Of a DNA stretch of 64,000 nucleotides, positions 1-11,918 are shown in pieces (positions within the stretch are counted from its first letter, which is position 1; every line of letters starts with the position of its first letter). The stretch is from Candidatus Levyibacteriota bacterium (GTDB taxonomy: Bacteria; Patescibacteriota; Microgenomatia; Levybacterales; UBA12049). The translations under genes and the position numbers were made by a program. The stretch is taken from NCBI GenBank assembly GCA_003152105.1, contig PLZJ01000002.1, forward strand, positions 6,188 to 70,187. Reading direction: 5' to 3'. The notes under the pieces were generated by a model. The model made no database searches and was not told the origin of the DNA. It saw only the letters and a program-made list of their open reading frames with translations.

Positions 1-2
1 AT

Positions 3-1546
<1,544 letters not shown>

Positions 1547-1597
1547 ATTTTAAGTCCGTTATATTTAGTGAATTTCAGATAAATCGTAAAATACCTA

Positions 1598-1627
1598 TTG
1601 ACAAAACATGTATCAGTTTGTTACGTT
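1598..1627 (+). promoter_or_regulatory. sigma70-type promoter of the HTH gene
   Basis: TTGACA at 1598-1603; TACGTT with a preceding TG at 18-bp spacing. Confidence 0.5.
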
Positions 1628-1677
1628 GTATACAGAGTTTAATTTAATTTGATTAACAAATATATACTCTTGAAGCT

Positions 1678-1893
1678 ATGTCTGATCAAAATCTATCAAT
1701 CAATAACCTTCCAGATCTTTTAACAGTTCGCGAAGTTGCTGAAATTTTACGTGTTTCTCCTTTAACTATTAAACGATGGGGCAAAAGAGGAAAACTTCCT
1801 GCAATTAGAATTAATTCTAGAGGCGACAGAAGATACAAAAAAGAAGCTGTACTGTGGCTACTTGGTATTCAGCAAAAAAGCGAAGATATCTAA
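1678..1893 (+). CDS. BldC/excisionase-like small MerR-type HTH DNA-binding protein (HTH_17)
   Basis: LLTVREVAEILRVSPLTIKRWGKRGKLPAIR...GDRRY pattern typical of BldC/Xis proteins. Confidence 0.85.
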   Translation: MSDQNLSINNLPDLLTVREVAEILRVSPLTIKRWGKRGKLPAIRINSRGDRRYKKEAVLWLLGIQQKSEDI

Positions 1894-1919
1894 ACTCCTT
1901 TGATAGAAAAATTTTCTAA

Positions 1920-2846
1920 CTATAAACTCTTGTGATAACGTGCCTTATACGCCTCTTGAATGGGCTCGTTTTCATTTTTATTAAAATGAAGTTTTATAAA
2001 TTCTAATGTTTCTTCTGGATCTTGGGTATTAATATACATATTTGTTCCGATTTCAAATCCACCAAGCGATTTTACTCTTGGTATAATTCTCACATACCAA
2101 TCAGCACCCGGATAAATATAAAAATTGTATGGAAATTCATCTCCATGCCTTTCATCTAATAGTCGCAATGTACGCTTCATAATATAAGCTAATTGCTTTC
2201 TTTCCTCCTCAGAAGATTGTCCAAAAGTTTTACCTCTATTTTGAGGCACAATCCAAACCTCATCAGGCCACTGACTCATAATTGGACATGATATGAAAAA
2301 GTCTTTAATAATAAACGGCTTTAGCTCATTTTGTTGTGTACCATTGATATCCTGGGTTTTTGGAAATAAAGAACTTGAAGTGAATATTTCTAGACGAGGG
2401 ATATCAATTTGTACTTGATCAGGAACTACAACTAGCTGTGTGTGTGGATGAGGCAAGCTCTCTCCTCCATCAATCCCATGATTATTAAAAATATACACCT
2501 GGCCGTAATATTGATTCATATTATATCTATTATGATATGTTTCAATAATAAGCTCTGCTTGCTTAAGCGGTAGCTCATCAAAACTCTTATGGTGATCTTG
2601 AGAATGTACTATTACCTCGTGATTTGGAGCAAATGGAAATTTATTTCTTAATACCCTAACATTCCATTCATCATCTGGATATTTTCCTCCAATTCGGAAT
2701 AATTCTTCTTCATCATTCTCTCTACCAGGACAAAACGGACATTCAATATGTAGGTTAATAGTCTCATTTGGACGCTTAGCTCTTCGTGGCGCTAGTATAA
2801 TCCATGTTTTGGTAAAGGCGTATTTTAGAAAATGGTAGTCGGGCAT
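1920..2846 (-). CDS. galT: Galactose-1-phosphate uridylyltransferase (GalT/HIT family)
   Basis: RAKRP, CPFCPGRE, NKFPF, HEVIV and catalytic SLPHPHTQ motifs. Confidence 0.8.
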   Translation of the reverse strand: MPDYHFLKYAFTKTWIILAPRRAKRPNETINLHIECPFCPGRENDEEELFRIGGKYPDDEWNVRVLRNKFPFAPNHEVIVHSQDHHKSFDELPLKQAELIIETYHNRYNMNQYYGQVYIFNNHGIDGGESLPHPHTQLVVVPDQVQIDIPRLEIFTSSSLFPKTQDINGTQQNELKPFIIKDFFISCPIMSQWPDEVWIVPQNRGKTFGQSSEEERKQLAYIMKRTLRLLDERHGDEFPYNFYIYPGADWYVRIIPRVKSLGGFEIGTNMYINTQDPEETLEFIKLHFNKNENEPIQEAYKARYHKSL

Positions 2847-2881
2847 ATATTAATTAAAGATTATTGAGATATAAAAAGCAA

Positions 2882-3610
2882 TTAATGAGCAAATCGTTCC
2901 TTTAAGACTAAAACAATAAATTTAAGTAAAGCTAATTGCCTCTTTATTCGCCAAGGTTCCTTTATTAACCTAAAAAGCCATTCAAATCCAAAAAATCTTA
3001 TGAAAAATGGGGCTCTTTTAATTGTTCCTGAATAGTAGTCAAAGGAACCCCCTACCGAAATACCAATCTTAACTGGTATTTCATTAATGTGATTGGAAAT
3101 CCATTCCTCTTGCTTAGGAAACCCATATGCTACAAACAATATGTCAATCTTTTTATTGTTTTCACTAAGCTTTAGTACGCTAGTATGATCAGGATTATCT
3201 CCGGAAGAAAAAACGATTTTTAAGGACGGATACATTCCTTTTAAGCGCTTGGCTGTTAATTCTGCTACGTTTCCTCGACCTCCTAAAAAGCCTACTGTTA
3301 TAGGCTTTTCTGCAACAGCATTACATAGGCTTTTCACAAAATCTACGCCGGTGATGCGTTGTTTTAAGGGTTTTCCCAAAATCATGCCTGCATAAAGTAA
3401 GCCGACTCCATCATTAAGGTTAATATCAGCATGATTTAGTATTTTTTTAAACTCTTGGTGTTCATGTGCATATACCAAAATTTCAGGATTTGGAGTAAAT
3501 ATTTTGCATTTAAAATTTGGTTTCTTTATATTTAAGAGTAAATACTCTAGGATATCACTTTCGTTAGCGTCTGAAATCTTAACTCCTAATATGGTTTTTG
3601 TGTCTAACAT
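2882..3610 (-). CDS. WecB/TagA/CpsF family glycosyltransferase
   Basis: TPNPE, DGVG, RITGVD, GFPKQE, VGGSFD, RAP and EWLFRL.EPWR motifs. Confidence 0.9.
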   Translation of the reverse strand: MLDTKTILGVKISDANESDILEYLLLNIKKPNFKCKIFTPNPEILVYAHEHQEFKKILNHADINLNDGVGLLYAGMILGKPLKQRITGVDFVKSLCNAVAEKPITVGFLGGRGNVAELTAKRLKGMYPSLKIVFSSGDNPDHTSVLKLSENNKKIDILFVAYGFPKQEEWISNHINEIPVKIGISVGGSFDYYSGTIKRAPFFIRFFGFEWLFRLIKEPWRIKRQLALLKFIVLVLKERFAH

Positions 3611-3836
3611 ATTAAATTGCTATAAGATATAATGAATTGAATACTATTTAATTTAATTAAGCAATCGTTCATTTTATGTATCCAGTTTTATAACTTATAT
3701 TTCAGCCTGCATGCGTAAATAATTGTAAATTATTTGTTATATCTAATCTTAGTACTATAATATTCTATATTTAATTGTCTTAAATGCTTTATTATTTCCC
3801 ATTGCATCTTATACACCAATATAAATTTTCTATAGG

Positions 3837-4901
3837 CTATTTCTTAGCAATACTGCGTTTGTATAATTCTATGTTTTCCAAAGCTACTCCTGTGCCTCTA
3901 GCAACGCATAATAATGCATCTTCAGCAATAAAACAAGGAACTCCTGTTTCGTGGGTCATAAGCTTATCAAAATTATTTAATAAGGATGTACCACCTGACA
4001 TTACAATTCCCTTATCTATTATATCTGCTGCTAATTCAGGAGGTGTTAATTCAAGCACACCCTTTACCCCCTTAACCACTTGTAATATTACCGGCATTAT
4101 CGCCTCATTGATGTCAATTTCCGTTAATTCTATCGTCCGAGGCAATCCAGAAATATTATCTCTTCCTCTTATTTCAATTCTTTTTACTCCTTCTCCGCCT
4201 TTGAGTATTTTTTTCTTCTCTTCTTCTGTTAAATACGCATTTCCCAATTCAATCTTAATTTCTTCAGCTGTTCTTTCACCGACTAACAAGTTATATTTCT
4301 TTTTCAAATAATTAGCTATGGCTTCATCTATCTTATTGCCCGCCACTCTAACACTATTATGAACTACAACCCCACCAAGCGAAATAACAGCAGCTTCAGT
4401 AGATCCTCCTCCTATATCAACCACCATATGACCCGCAGCCTGAGCAATTGGAATTTTAGCTCCTATCGCAGCAGCAAGGGGTTCTTCAATTAAATATGCT
4501 ACTTTTGCACCAGCTGCCATAGTAGCATCGAGTACTGCTCTCCTTTCTACTTGCGTAACTCCTGAAGGAATACAAACCATTACTTCTGGTTTTAAAAATC
4601 TTGATGACCCTATTGCTTTATCAATAAAATATGAAAGCATTGCTTCAGTGATCGTGTAGTCAGCTATAACACCATCCTTAAGGGGTCTCTGTGCTACTAT
4701 ATTACCTGGAGTTCTACCTAACATTTCCTTAGCTTCTTTTCCAACTGCTACTACTCGATTTTCCTCTGCAGTTACTGCAACAACGGTAGGTTCATTAAGA
4801 ACAATTCCTTCACCTGCAACATATACCAAAGTATTTGCTGTCCCAAGATCTATTCCTATACTCTTACTAGACCTACTAGAAAAGAAATTACTTAAATTCA
4901 T
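3837..4901 (-). CDS. mreB: Rod shape-determining actin-like protein MreB
   Basis: IGIDLGTANT, PLKDGVIAD, IEEPLAAAIG, DIGGGSTE, VARGTG. Confidence 0.97.
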   Translation of the reverse strand: MNLSNFFSSRSSKSIGIDLGTANTLVYVAGEGIVLNEPTVVAVTAEENRVVAVGKEAKEMLGRTPGNIVAQRPLKDGVIADYTITEAMLSYFIDKAIGSSRFLKPEVMVCIPSGVTQVERRAVLDATMAAGAKVAYLIEEPLAAAIGAKIPIAQAAGHMVVDIGGGSTEAAVISLGGVVVHNSVRVAGNKIDEAIANYLKKKYNLLVGERTAEEIKIELGNAYLTEEEKKKILKGGEGVKRIEIRGRDNISGLPRTIELTEIDINEAIMPVILQVVKGVKGVLELTPPELAADIIDKGIVMSGGTSLLNNFDKLMTHETGVPCFIAEDALLCVARGTGVALENIELYKRSIAKK

Positions 4902-5029
4902 AGAATAACTATATCATTATATATACTTTCTGTATCATTTTTACATCTAGGCTCTAATTGGATTATAAAGTGCGCTCTAATTTGTTGCAAGTCCTAATGT
5001 AAGTGTTATAATAACGGTTATAGCAGCTT

Positions 5030-6241
5030 ATGAAGATTCAAAAACAATTATTATACCCAATCTTGATTGGAATATTTCTAATAATAGGTACAACTATAGT
5101 AATATTCTATGCTAAAGGGTATAGATTCGGGTTAGATAAAGGACAGCCATCATTTGGAATAACTGGACAACTAGTTTTAAAGAGTGAGCCTGATAGCGCA
5201 CAAGTATTTATTAACGGACATTTAACTACGGCTACAAATAATACGCTTGATTTAACTCCAGGAACCTACGATATTAAAATTGTAAAGGACGGTTATTTCC
5301 CTTGGGAAAAAAACTTAAAAATAGATAAGGAAGTTGTAACTTCTGTAGATGCTCGCTTATTTCCAAATTCTCCTACATCACTTGATGCAATTACACAATT
5401 AGGGGCTTTAGATCCCATACTTGACCCAAGTCAAACAAAAATTGCTTATATAGTTGCTTCTCAATCAGCAAAACTAAATGGCATATACGTATTAGATATA
5501 AGTAGCAGACCACTACTTACATTAGTAAGCGGATCAAATCAATTAGTTGATGACACAATCACTCCTTTTTCACAAGCAAAGATTCAATGGTCTCCTGATG
5601 GGAAAAATATATTAGCTACCCTATCAAATCAAAATTCAGGCTCAACCTCGTACCTTTTAGACGCATCAACAAGCAACCAAACACCACAAGATGTAACTGA
5701 GACACTAGGAACATTGGAAAGTCAGTGGGCAACGTTTTCACAAGTCCAAGACACTGCATTATTTAATGGGTTACGTAGTCCGTTAAGAAGTTTTGTATTG
5801 AAAAATTTACACGTTCTTGAATGGTCATCTGATGAGACAAAAATTTTATATCAAGCATCTTCATCTGCTAACTTCCCGTTCATTCGCGAACCAAGACTAA
5901 TTGGACTTAACTCTACGCCAGAATCTAGACAATTACAAAAGAGTTCCTATTATGTCTATGACATTAAAAACGATCAAAATTTTCTTATACCATTAGATAC
6001 TCCTAACTCTGAAGAATTATATTTAAAATGGTTCCCTGATTCAGATCATTTGATCTATGTTCACAACAAAAAGGTGGATGTAATGGAATATGATGGAACC
6101 AATTTGACAACGATATATGCTGGCCCATTCATCAACCATTATGTCTTTACTGCAGTTGATGACACCTCAAAAATCATTATTTCAACTGATTTTGGAAATT
6201 CTAATACTCCGCCAAATTTATATTCAATTAGTCTTCAATAA
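5030..6241 (+). CDS. Membrane-anchored PEGA-domain protein with TolB-like beta-propeller
   Basis: N-terminal TM; PEGA motif (SEPDSAQVFING...PGTYDIKIVKDGY); WSPDG/WSSDE/WFPDS repeats. Confidence 0.75.
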   Translation: MKIQKQLLYPILIGIFLIIGTTIVIFYAKGYRFGLDKGQPSFGITGQLVLKSEPDSAQVFINGHLTTATNNTLDLTPGTYDIKIVKDGYFPWEKNLKIDKEVVTSVDARLFPNSPTSLDAITQLGALDPILDPSQTKIAYIVASQSAKLNGIYVLDISSRPLLTLVSGSNQLVDDTITPFSQAKIQWSPDGKNILATLSNQNSGSTSYLLDASTSNQTPQDVTETLGTLESQWATFSQVQDTALFNGLRSPLRSFVLKNLHVLEWSSDETKILYQASSSANFPFIREPRLIGLNSTPESRQLQKSSYYVYDIKNDQNFLIPLDTPNSEELYLKWFPDSDHLIYVHNKKVDVMEYDGTNLTTIYAGPFINHYVFTAVDDTSKIIISTDFGNSNTPPNLYSISLQ

Positions 6242-6966
6242 GCTAAAGAGGTTAATCGTTTTGGTTTTGCTATTACCAAAAGTCTTTCAAGAGTAGTTCC
6301 AGGTGGCCAGCAAGTTTGCAGTATAAGTTGTTCGCTCCCTACATGAGGATCATTTACGTGTAATGTTTTTTGGGCATTTGTAATATAACTCGTATCATCT
6401 GGATTAACAATTTTAGAATCATCAACTATGTAATCATAACGTATTCCTTGGTAGTACACTACAATATCGTCTCCTTTTGATAAGTCTTTAAGTAAGTAGA
6501 ATACTGCATTATATCTACCTACGTCCCAAAAATTATCGGTTGAATGCGCAAATAAATAAATTGTGCCATTCATACCTGGAAAAACAGTACCTTTTGCATG
6601 AGCTACTCCTTGTTGTAAGATTGGTAAAAATATCGATGGATTAGTAGGATCTACATTTGGAAATATTTTTGCATTTGCTCCTATTTTGGGGATTACTATT
6701 CCAAAACTCGTATCTTTAGGTACAAGTAACTGAACATCGGAATTAGTAGTTAAATCTGTTCGCTGACTTACTGTAGGTATTGTACTTGTAGATGATGGTG
6801 TCTCAGCTATTACATAGTGTATTCCTCTAGCTTGATCTATTCTAAATTGAGCTTCATAATAAAGAGCTGGACCAAATGTTGCTCCCACCCCAAATAGCGC
6901 AAACAAAAGAAGAAAATTTCCAATAGTTCTTAGTACAATATATTTTATGACCTCATTTCTGTTCAC
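6235..6966 (-). CDS. Sortase (class D/E-like)
   Basis: N-terminal TM, IPKIG, QGVAH, catalytic LFAHS, LQTCWPPG and ERL. Confidence 0.9.
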   Translation of the reverse strand: MNRNEVIKYIVLRTIGNFLLLFALFGVGATFGPALYYEAQFRIDQARGIHYVIAETPSSTSTIPTVSQRTDLTTNSDVQLLVPKDTSFGIVIPKIGANAKIFPNVDPTNPSIFLPILQQGVAHAKGTVFPGMNGTIYLFAHSTDNFWDVGRYNAVFYLLKDLSKGDDIVVYYQGIRYDYIVDDSKIVNPDDTSYITNAQKTLHVNDPHVGSEQLILQTCWPPGTTLERLLVIAKPKRLTSLAY

Positions 6967-7000
6967 TTCGAAAAGTATAACAGAAACATAGTAGTTTTAG

Positions 7001-7072
7001 CATCCCTGAGCGGATTCGAACCGCTATCAATCCCTTAGGACGGGACTACTCTATCCATTGAGCTACAGGGAT
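7001..7072 (-). tRNA. tRNA-Arg(CCT)
   Basis: Reverse complement ATCCCTG TA GCTC AATGGATA GAGT A GTCCC GTCCTAA GGGAT TGAT AGCGG TTCGAAT CCGCT CAGGGAT G folds as a cloverleaf. CCA is not encoded. Confidence 0.93.
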
Positions 7073-7186
7073 ATAATAATTGTATTTTAACACAACTATT
7101 ATAATAATTAGCTTATGTTAAAAATATATTGGTCGTAAAAGTTATCTTTACTTTTCGAAATTACTAAGGTACAATACTCAAATCGT

Positions 7187-7834
7187 ATGAAACAACTAGG
7201 CCTTTGGACTGGAATAATTATTATAATAATTATAGTAATAGTAGGTTTAATTAAGCTTTCTAATTCAGCGAATTTCACATCATCAACGGGAAACTCATCT
7301 ATCCCTCCTCTCACTTCACAAGATCAAGAATTTGGAAATCCTAAAGCTAAAGTACAGTTAGTTGAATATGCAGATTTTCAATGTCCAGCATGTCTTGCTG
7401 AGTATCCAGAACTAAAGAAATTTATGAACGATTATAAAGACAAAGTACTAGTAGTGTATCGCTATTTTCCTTTGACTCAAGTACATCAAAATGCAATGGT
7501 GGCTGCACAAGCAGCATATGCAGCATCAAAGCAAGGTAAATTTTGGCAAATGCATGATAAGCTATTTGATACGCAATCTGATTGGGCTGACAGTACTAAT
7601 GCTCCAAGTATATTTGATACTTATGCGAAATCTTTAGGATTAAATATTAATGAATTTAAGAAAGATCAAAATGATACAAATGGTATAAACCTAATTAATC
7701 AAGAAGAAAATGCAGGGGTAAATGCAGGGGTAAATGCGACACCAACTTTGTTCTTAAATGGTAAGATGATAAATTCGAATCATCCTTTAAGTTATGACGA
7801 ATTAAAAAGCGTAGTAAATCCTCTTTTAAATTAG
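7187..7834 (+). CDS. DsbA/BdbD-family thiol-disulfide oxidoreductase
   Basis: N-terminal TM, EYADFQCPAC, YRYFPL, QGKFWQMHDKLF, cis-Pro motif ATPT. Confidence 0.92.
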   Translation: MKQLGLWTGIIIIIIIVIVGLIKLSNSANFTSSTGNSSIPPLTSQDQEFGNPKAKVQLVEYADFQCPACLAEYPELKKFMNDYKDKVLVVYRYFPLTQVHQNAMVAAQAAYAASKQGKFWQMHDKLFDTQSDWADSTNAPSIFDTYAKSLGLNINEFKKDQNDTNGINLINQEENAGVNAGVNATPTLFLNGKMINSNHPLSYDELKSVVNPLLN

Positions 7835-7873
7835 TGGTATTAAATATATCAGAACGCTAAGCAATAGTGCTTA

Positions 7874-8338
7874 TTACTTCAATTCTTCTTCGAGGTATAC
7901 ATGCTTTAAGTCTGTTTTTTCCCACTTAAAAATATCGTTTACTGTAAAAATTAGGTCTCTTTCTTTATTTGCAATTGACACACTTTCTGAAGCATGTATC
8001 AAATTGTACTGCTGACTCATTGCAAAATCCCCACGAATAGTACCAGGTTCGGCATCTCGTGCTTTTGTAATACCAATCATTTTACGTACCGTAGCAACCA
8101 CTTCCACACCCTCGAGCAATATCGCAACAACAGGATAAGACATCATATAACCTTTTAAACTTGAGAAGAATGGTTTATCTTTATGATGAACATACCACTC
8201 ATCTAATATCGCGTCATCAAGAGAAATCATTTTAAGTCCAACTATATGTAGACCTTTTTGTTCAAAACGTCTTAATATATCCCCTACAAGACCTCTCTGT
8301 ACGCCATCTGGCTTTACTAATACTATTGTTTGTTCCAT
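7874..8338 (-). CDS. ndk: Nucleoside diphosphate kinase
   Basis: KPDGVQRGLVG, PGTIRGDF, NLIHAS. Confidence 0.96.
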   Translation of the reverse strand: MEQTIVLVKPDGVQRGLVGDILRRFEQKGLHIVGLKMISLDDAILDEWYVHHKDKPFFSSLKGYMMSYPVVAILLEGVEVVATVRKMIGITKARDAEPGTIRGDFAMSQQYNLIHASESVSIANKERDLIFTVNDIFKWEKTDLKHVYLEEELK

Positions 8339-8362
8339 AAAATGTCCTTTAATTATTATATC

Positions 8363-9628
8363 CTATTCCAATAACTTTAGAAACCTATTTTTATCGTCAA
8401 AATTTCCAATTATTGCAAGACTTAAAGGTAAGGAGAGAAATTCATTTGCCGATGAAAATATGTCTTCTGCGCTTACAGAATCTAGCTTTTCGATAACTTC
8501 TTCTGGACTAACTACTTCTTTTTCTAATAATTCTTGGTGAGCATAAAAGCCTGCTACTGCTCTACTATCCTCAAGCTCTAAAACTAAATGTCCTTTTAAG
8601 AATTCTTTCGCTTTTGTAATTTCTTCCTTAGTTGGCATTAATTCCTTTTTTATTTTTTGGAACTGTTCACATATTACCTTTATTGCTTCATCAACTCTTT
8701 TAGCGTCAACGCCTGCGGTAGTTACTAAACTGCCTGCATCTTGATAATGATCAGAACTGGTTCTAACATAATATGCTAGTCCTCTTTTTTCCCTAACTTC
8801 ATGGAATAATCTTGAACTCATTCCTCCGCCCAATATTGCCGCAAGTATTGACAATGGGTATCGCTTAGCATTTTCGAGTGGTACCGTTCTAACCCCTAAA
8901 GCAATATGAACCTGTTCGGTTACTTTTTGCTTAATTAATACTTCAGCTTTGGTTTGATCCTCTTGTAACTTTACGTATGCAGGCGTAGAGAACTGCTTCA
9001 TGTCTCCAAAATATTTCTCTACTTGCTCTTCAGTTTTTTTTGCATCTATTCCTCCAGCTACAACAACAGTCATATTTGATGAACTATAGAATGTATTCAT
9101 ATAGCTTAGAAAGTCATCTCTATTAATTTTTTGAATTATATCTTTTCTTCCAGCTATATCCCAACCCATTGGTGTATTGCCGTATAAAAGTTGTTCATAT
9201 ATATCGCCTATTTTACGCATTGGTGTATCTTCATACATATTAATCTCTTCGATAATGACACCTTTCTCTTTATCAATTTCAGTCTGATCTAATTTTGAAT
9301 TTTTTAACATATCTGAAAGAATATCGAGAGTTAACTCCGTATGGTCAATAGAAGATTTCACATAATATCCTGTAATCTCCTTGCTAGTAAATGCATTAAA
9401 TTCTCCACCAATTCCATCTATTAAACTTGCTATATCCATAGCAGAAGGTCTCTTTTGCGTACCCTTAAACGCCATATGTTCTAAGAAATGTGAAATACCA
9501 TTATTTTGAAGTGTTTCGTATCTACTGCCTGCACCAACCATTACTAACACTGTGGCACTATTGAATGAGGACATTGGTATGGTTAGTAAACGAAGGCCAT
9601 TTGATAATACGGATTTTTGGAATTGCAT
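8363..9628 (-). CDS. M16 (pitrilysin) family zinc peptidase
   Basis: GISHFLEHMAFKGT, NAFTS, GGGMSSRLF.EVREKRGLAY. Confidence 0.95.
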   Translation of the reverse strand: MQFQKSVLSNGLRLLTIPMSSFNSATVLVMVGAGSRYETLQNNGISHFLEHMAFKGTQKRPSAMDIASLIDGIGGEFNAFTSKEITGYYVKSSIDHTELTLDILSDMLKNSKLDQTEIDKEKGVIIEEINMYEDTPMRKIGDIYEQLLYGNTPMGWDIAGRKDIIQKINRDDFLSYMNTFYSSSNMTVVVAGGIDAKKTEEQVEKYFGDMKQFSTPAYVKLQEDQTKAEVLIKQKVTEQVHIALGVRTVPLENAKRYPLSILAAILGGGMSSRLFHEVREKRGLAYYVRTSSDHYQDAGSLVTTAGVDAKRVDEAIKVICEQFQKIKKELMPTKEEITKAKEFLKGHLVLELEDSRAVAGFYAHQELLEKEVVSPEEVIEKLDSVSAEDIFSSANEFLSLPLSLAIIGNFDDKNRFLKLLE

Positions 9629-9672
9629 ATCTTAGGATTGTATCAAATTAACATTTTTATTCCTAGTAGTAA

Positions 9673-11406
9673 TCACATTTGAATTGGAGCATCTATACCT
9701 AAAAGATACAAGCCATTTTTAAGCGTCTTACTTACGACATTAGTAAGACATAGTCGAAAACTCGTAACCTCATCATCTTTTGAAATAATTTGATGTTTCT
9801 GATAGAAATGATTAAATAGTTTTGCCAATTGATATAAGTATTCACATATTAAGCTTGTATTTAATTCTTCTGCACATATTCTTACGATTTCTTCATACCA
9901 TAACAAATGTCGTATTACTTCTCTTTCCTCGTGGTTTAACTTATAATTCTTAAAGTTTATAGTTATGTTCTTATCAGATTTCTCAAGTAAGCTGTAGGTT
10001 CTAGCATAGGTGTATTGTAAATATGGACCACTATTCCCCTCCAGGGCAACTGATTTTTCTATATCAAATGCCACATTTTTTCCTGTAGAGACTTTTAAAA
10101 TAGAGTATTTGACTGCACCAAGAGAAATCTGCTGAACAATTGTTCTCCTGACTTTATCTGATATTTTTCCCGCTGTGAAAAGTTCACTTACTTTTTCCTT
10201 TACTTCCTCTATTAGATTATCTATGCTTAGAACATCTCCAGTTCTGGAACTCATTTTTCTTCCTATTAAAGTAACCATACCCATCGAAACATGGAATTGT
10301 TTATCTTTAAATTTTAATGGATCTAGTAGTTCTATGGCCTTGAAAACTACTTGAAAATACCCTTGTTGCTCATTCGCCACTATATGAATTTTTCTGTCAA
10401 AATGAAATGCTTCATATTCTCTATATGCTGTTGCCATTTCTTTCCCTTCATATGTTGGATAGCCCGACTTTGTTATAAATACTCTATTATGTAGTCCGTA
10501 TTTTTCTCCGGGGAAAATATATGTTCCCCCATCGTTTTCAAAAATATTTGGAGAATTCTTTAAAACTATTTCTTTACCGTAATTTACCATCTCAGACTCA
10601 AAAAATAGCTTGTCGAATTGAGTAGAAAATGTGTTATAAATTTCTGAAAAGTATTCTAAACTCCAGTTACGAGTAATTTGATAAAGCGTATCTATGTCTT
10701 TTGACTTTTCATATAATTTTTTATTTATTTCATCAATTTCATTCTTATTCGCTTCATATTCAAAGCTTCCTAATGCATAAGCTCTACCTAAAAATTTAGC
10801 CCTCTTTATACCTGGGTAAGTTTGTATTTCTTCTAAGGTCAACTTTTCCAATTGTAATAATCTTTTAATTCCATATAAAGCCTTGGCAACGTGAGGCCCA
10901 ATGTCGCCCTGATAATTGGCACGGAATACGTTTGCACCAGTAGCTTCAAGAATACGCGAAATAGCCTCACCAGTTATGAGTGTCCTCATGTGACCAATAT
11001 GAAATTCCTTATGAGTATTAGGATGAGCATATTCAACTAATATATTTTCTCCGGAAGTAGATGCCTTGATAATATTAAAGGTAATGCTTGCAGACATAGC
11101 TTCTAAGCAATTTATTAGAAATGTGTCGGTAAAAGTAATGTTAATAAACCCAGGACCTGCTTGTACAACCTCTCTAATATTAGTACTTAGTGATGGATCA
11201 GCTCTTAACTCTTCAACTAATAATGTAGCAATTTCATGCGAAGATTTTTTAGTTTGCTTCGCCATAGTAAGTGCTATATTAGAAACGATATCACCATGAA
11301 GAGAATTTTCTGGGTATGAAAATGTAACCACAATATGGTTATCAGGAATCATGTCATCAATTGTTTTCGTGAAGATATTTTGTAGCTGTTTTTTAATTTC
11401 TTCCAT
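9673..11406 (-). CDS. argS: Arginine--tRNA ligase
   Basis: HIGH motif (FHIGHMR), KMSSRTG, GPYLQYTYAR, DALR-like C-terminus. Start placed at ATG 11406, 6 nt after TACAAT. Confidence 0.95.
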   Translation of the reverse strand: MEEIKKQLQNIFTKTIDDMIPDNHIVVTFSYPENSLHGDIVSNIALTMAKQTKKSSHEIATLLVEELRADPSLSTNIREVVQAGPGFINITFTDTFLINCLEAMSASITFNIIKASTSGENILVEYAHPNTHKEFHIGHMRTLITGEAISRILEATGANVFRANYQGDIGPHVAKALYGIKRLLQLEKLTLEEIQTYPGIKRAKFLGRAYALGSFEYEANKNEIDEINKKLYEKSKDIDTLYQITRNWSLEYFSEIYNTFSTQFDKLFFESEMVNYGKEIVLKNSPNIFENDGGTYIFPGEKYGLHNRVFITKSGYPTYEGKEMATAYREYEAFHFDRKIHIVANEQQGYFQVVFKAIELLDPLKFKDKQFHVSMGMVTLIGRKMSSRTGDVLSIDNLIEEVKEKVSELFTAGKISDKVRRTIVQQISLGAVKYSILKVSTGKNVAFDIEKSVALEGNSGPYLQYTYARTYSLLEKSDKNITINFKNYKLNHEEREVIRHLLWYEEIVRICAEELNTSLICEYLYQLAKLFNHFYQKHQIISKDDEVTSFRLCLTNVVSKTLKNGLYLLGIDAPIQM

Positions 11407-11475
11407 AGGCACATTGTACCACATTTATCCTTTAGTACTTGCATTTTTTAATCATTACTGATACTTTATGGGTAG

Positions 11476-11868
11476 ATGAAGATTTTGATAATTGACGACG
11501 ATCAAGCATTGGCAACAATTTTTGATTCCACACTAAAAACTGCTGGATATCAAGTCGTAACAGCAAGTAATGGCAAGGAAGGAATTGATAAGGCTAGCAC
11601 TGAAAAACCAGATCTTATTCTTCTAGACCAAATCTTGCCTGATATCGCTGGAAATGACGTTTTAAGAACAATAAAAGCAAATCAGAATACTAAAAATATT
11701 GTTATAGCAATGATGTCAAACTACAGTGATGAAAATATCATGAAAAATGCTATTAGCTTAGGCGCTGTAGATTATATTTATAAATATAATATCGAACCAA
11801 ATGATTTAATTAAAAAAGTTCAAGAATTAACAAAGACTACTACAGATTCAAATATTTCAACCAATTAA
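11476..11868 (+). CDS. Stand-alone response regulator receiver domain
   Basis: KILIIDDD, PDLILLD, GAVDYIYK; no output domain. Confidence 0.92.
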   Translation: MKILIIDDDQALATIFDSTLKTAGYQVVTASNGKEGIDKASTEKPDLILLDQILPDIAGNDVLRTIKANQNTKNIVIAMMSNYSDENIMKNAISLGAVDYIYKYNIEPNDLIKKVQELTKTTTDSNISTN

Positions 11869-11918
11869 TCTCATGAACTTCTCTGCCCATTTACTAATAA
11901 GCAACGTATAATAAATTT

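Noticed and set aside
7708-7737. 12-bp exact tandem duplication AAATGCAGGGGT in the DsbA gene
   Set aside because: It is in frame and fits the usual ..GV..TPT region, with no sign of functional phase variation.
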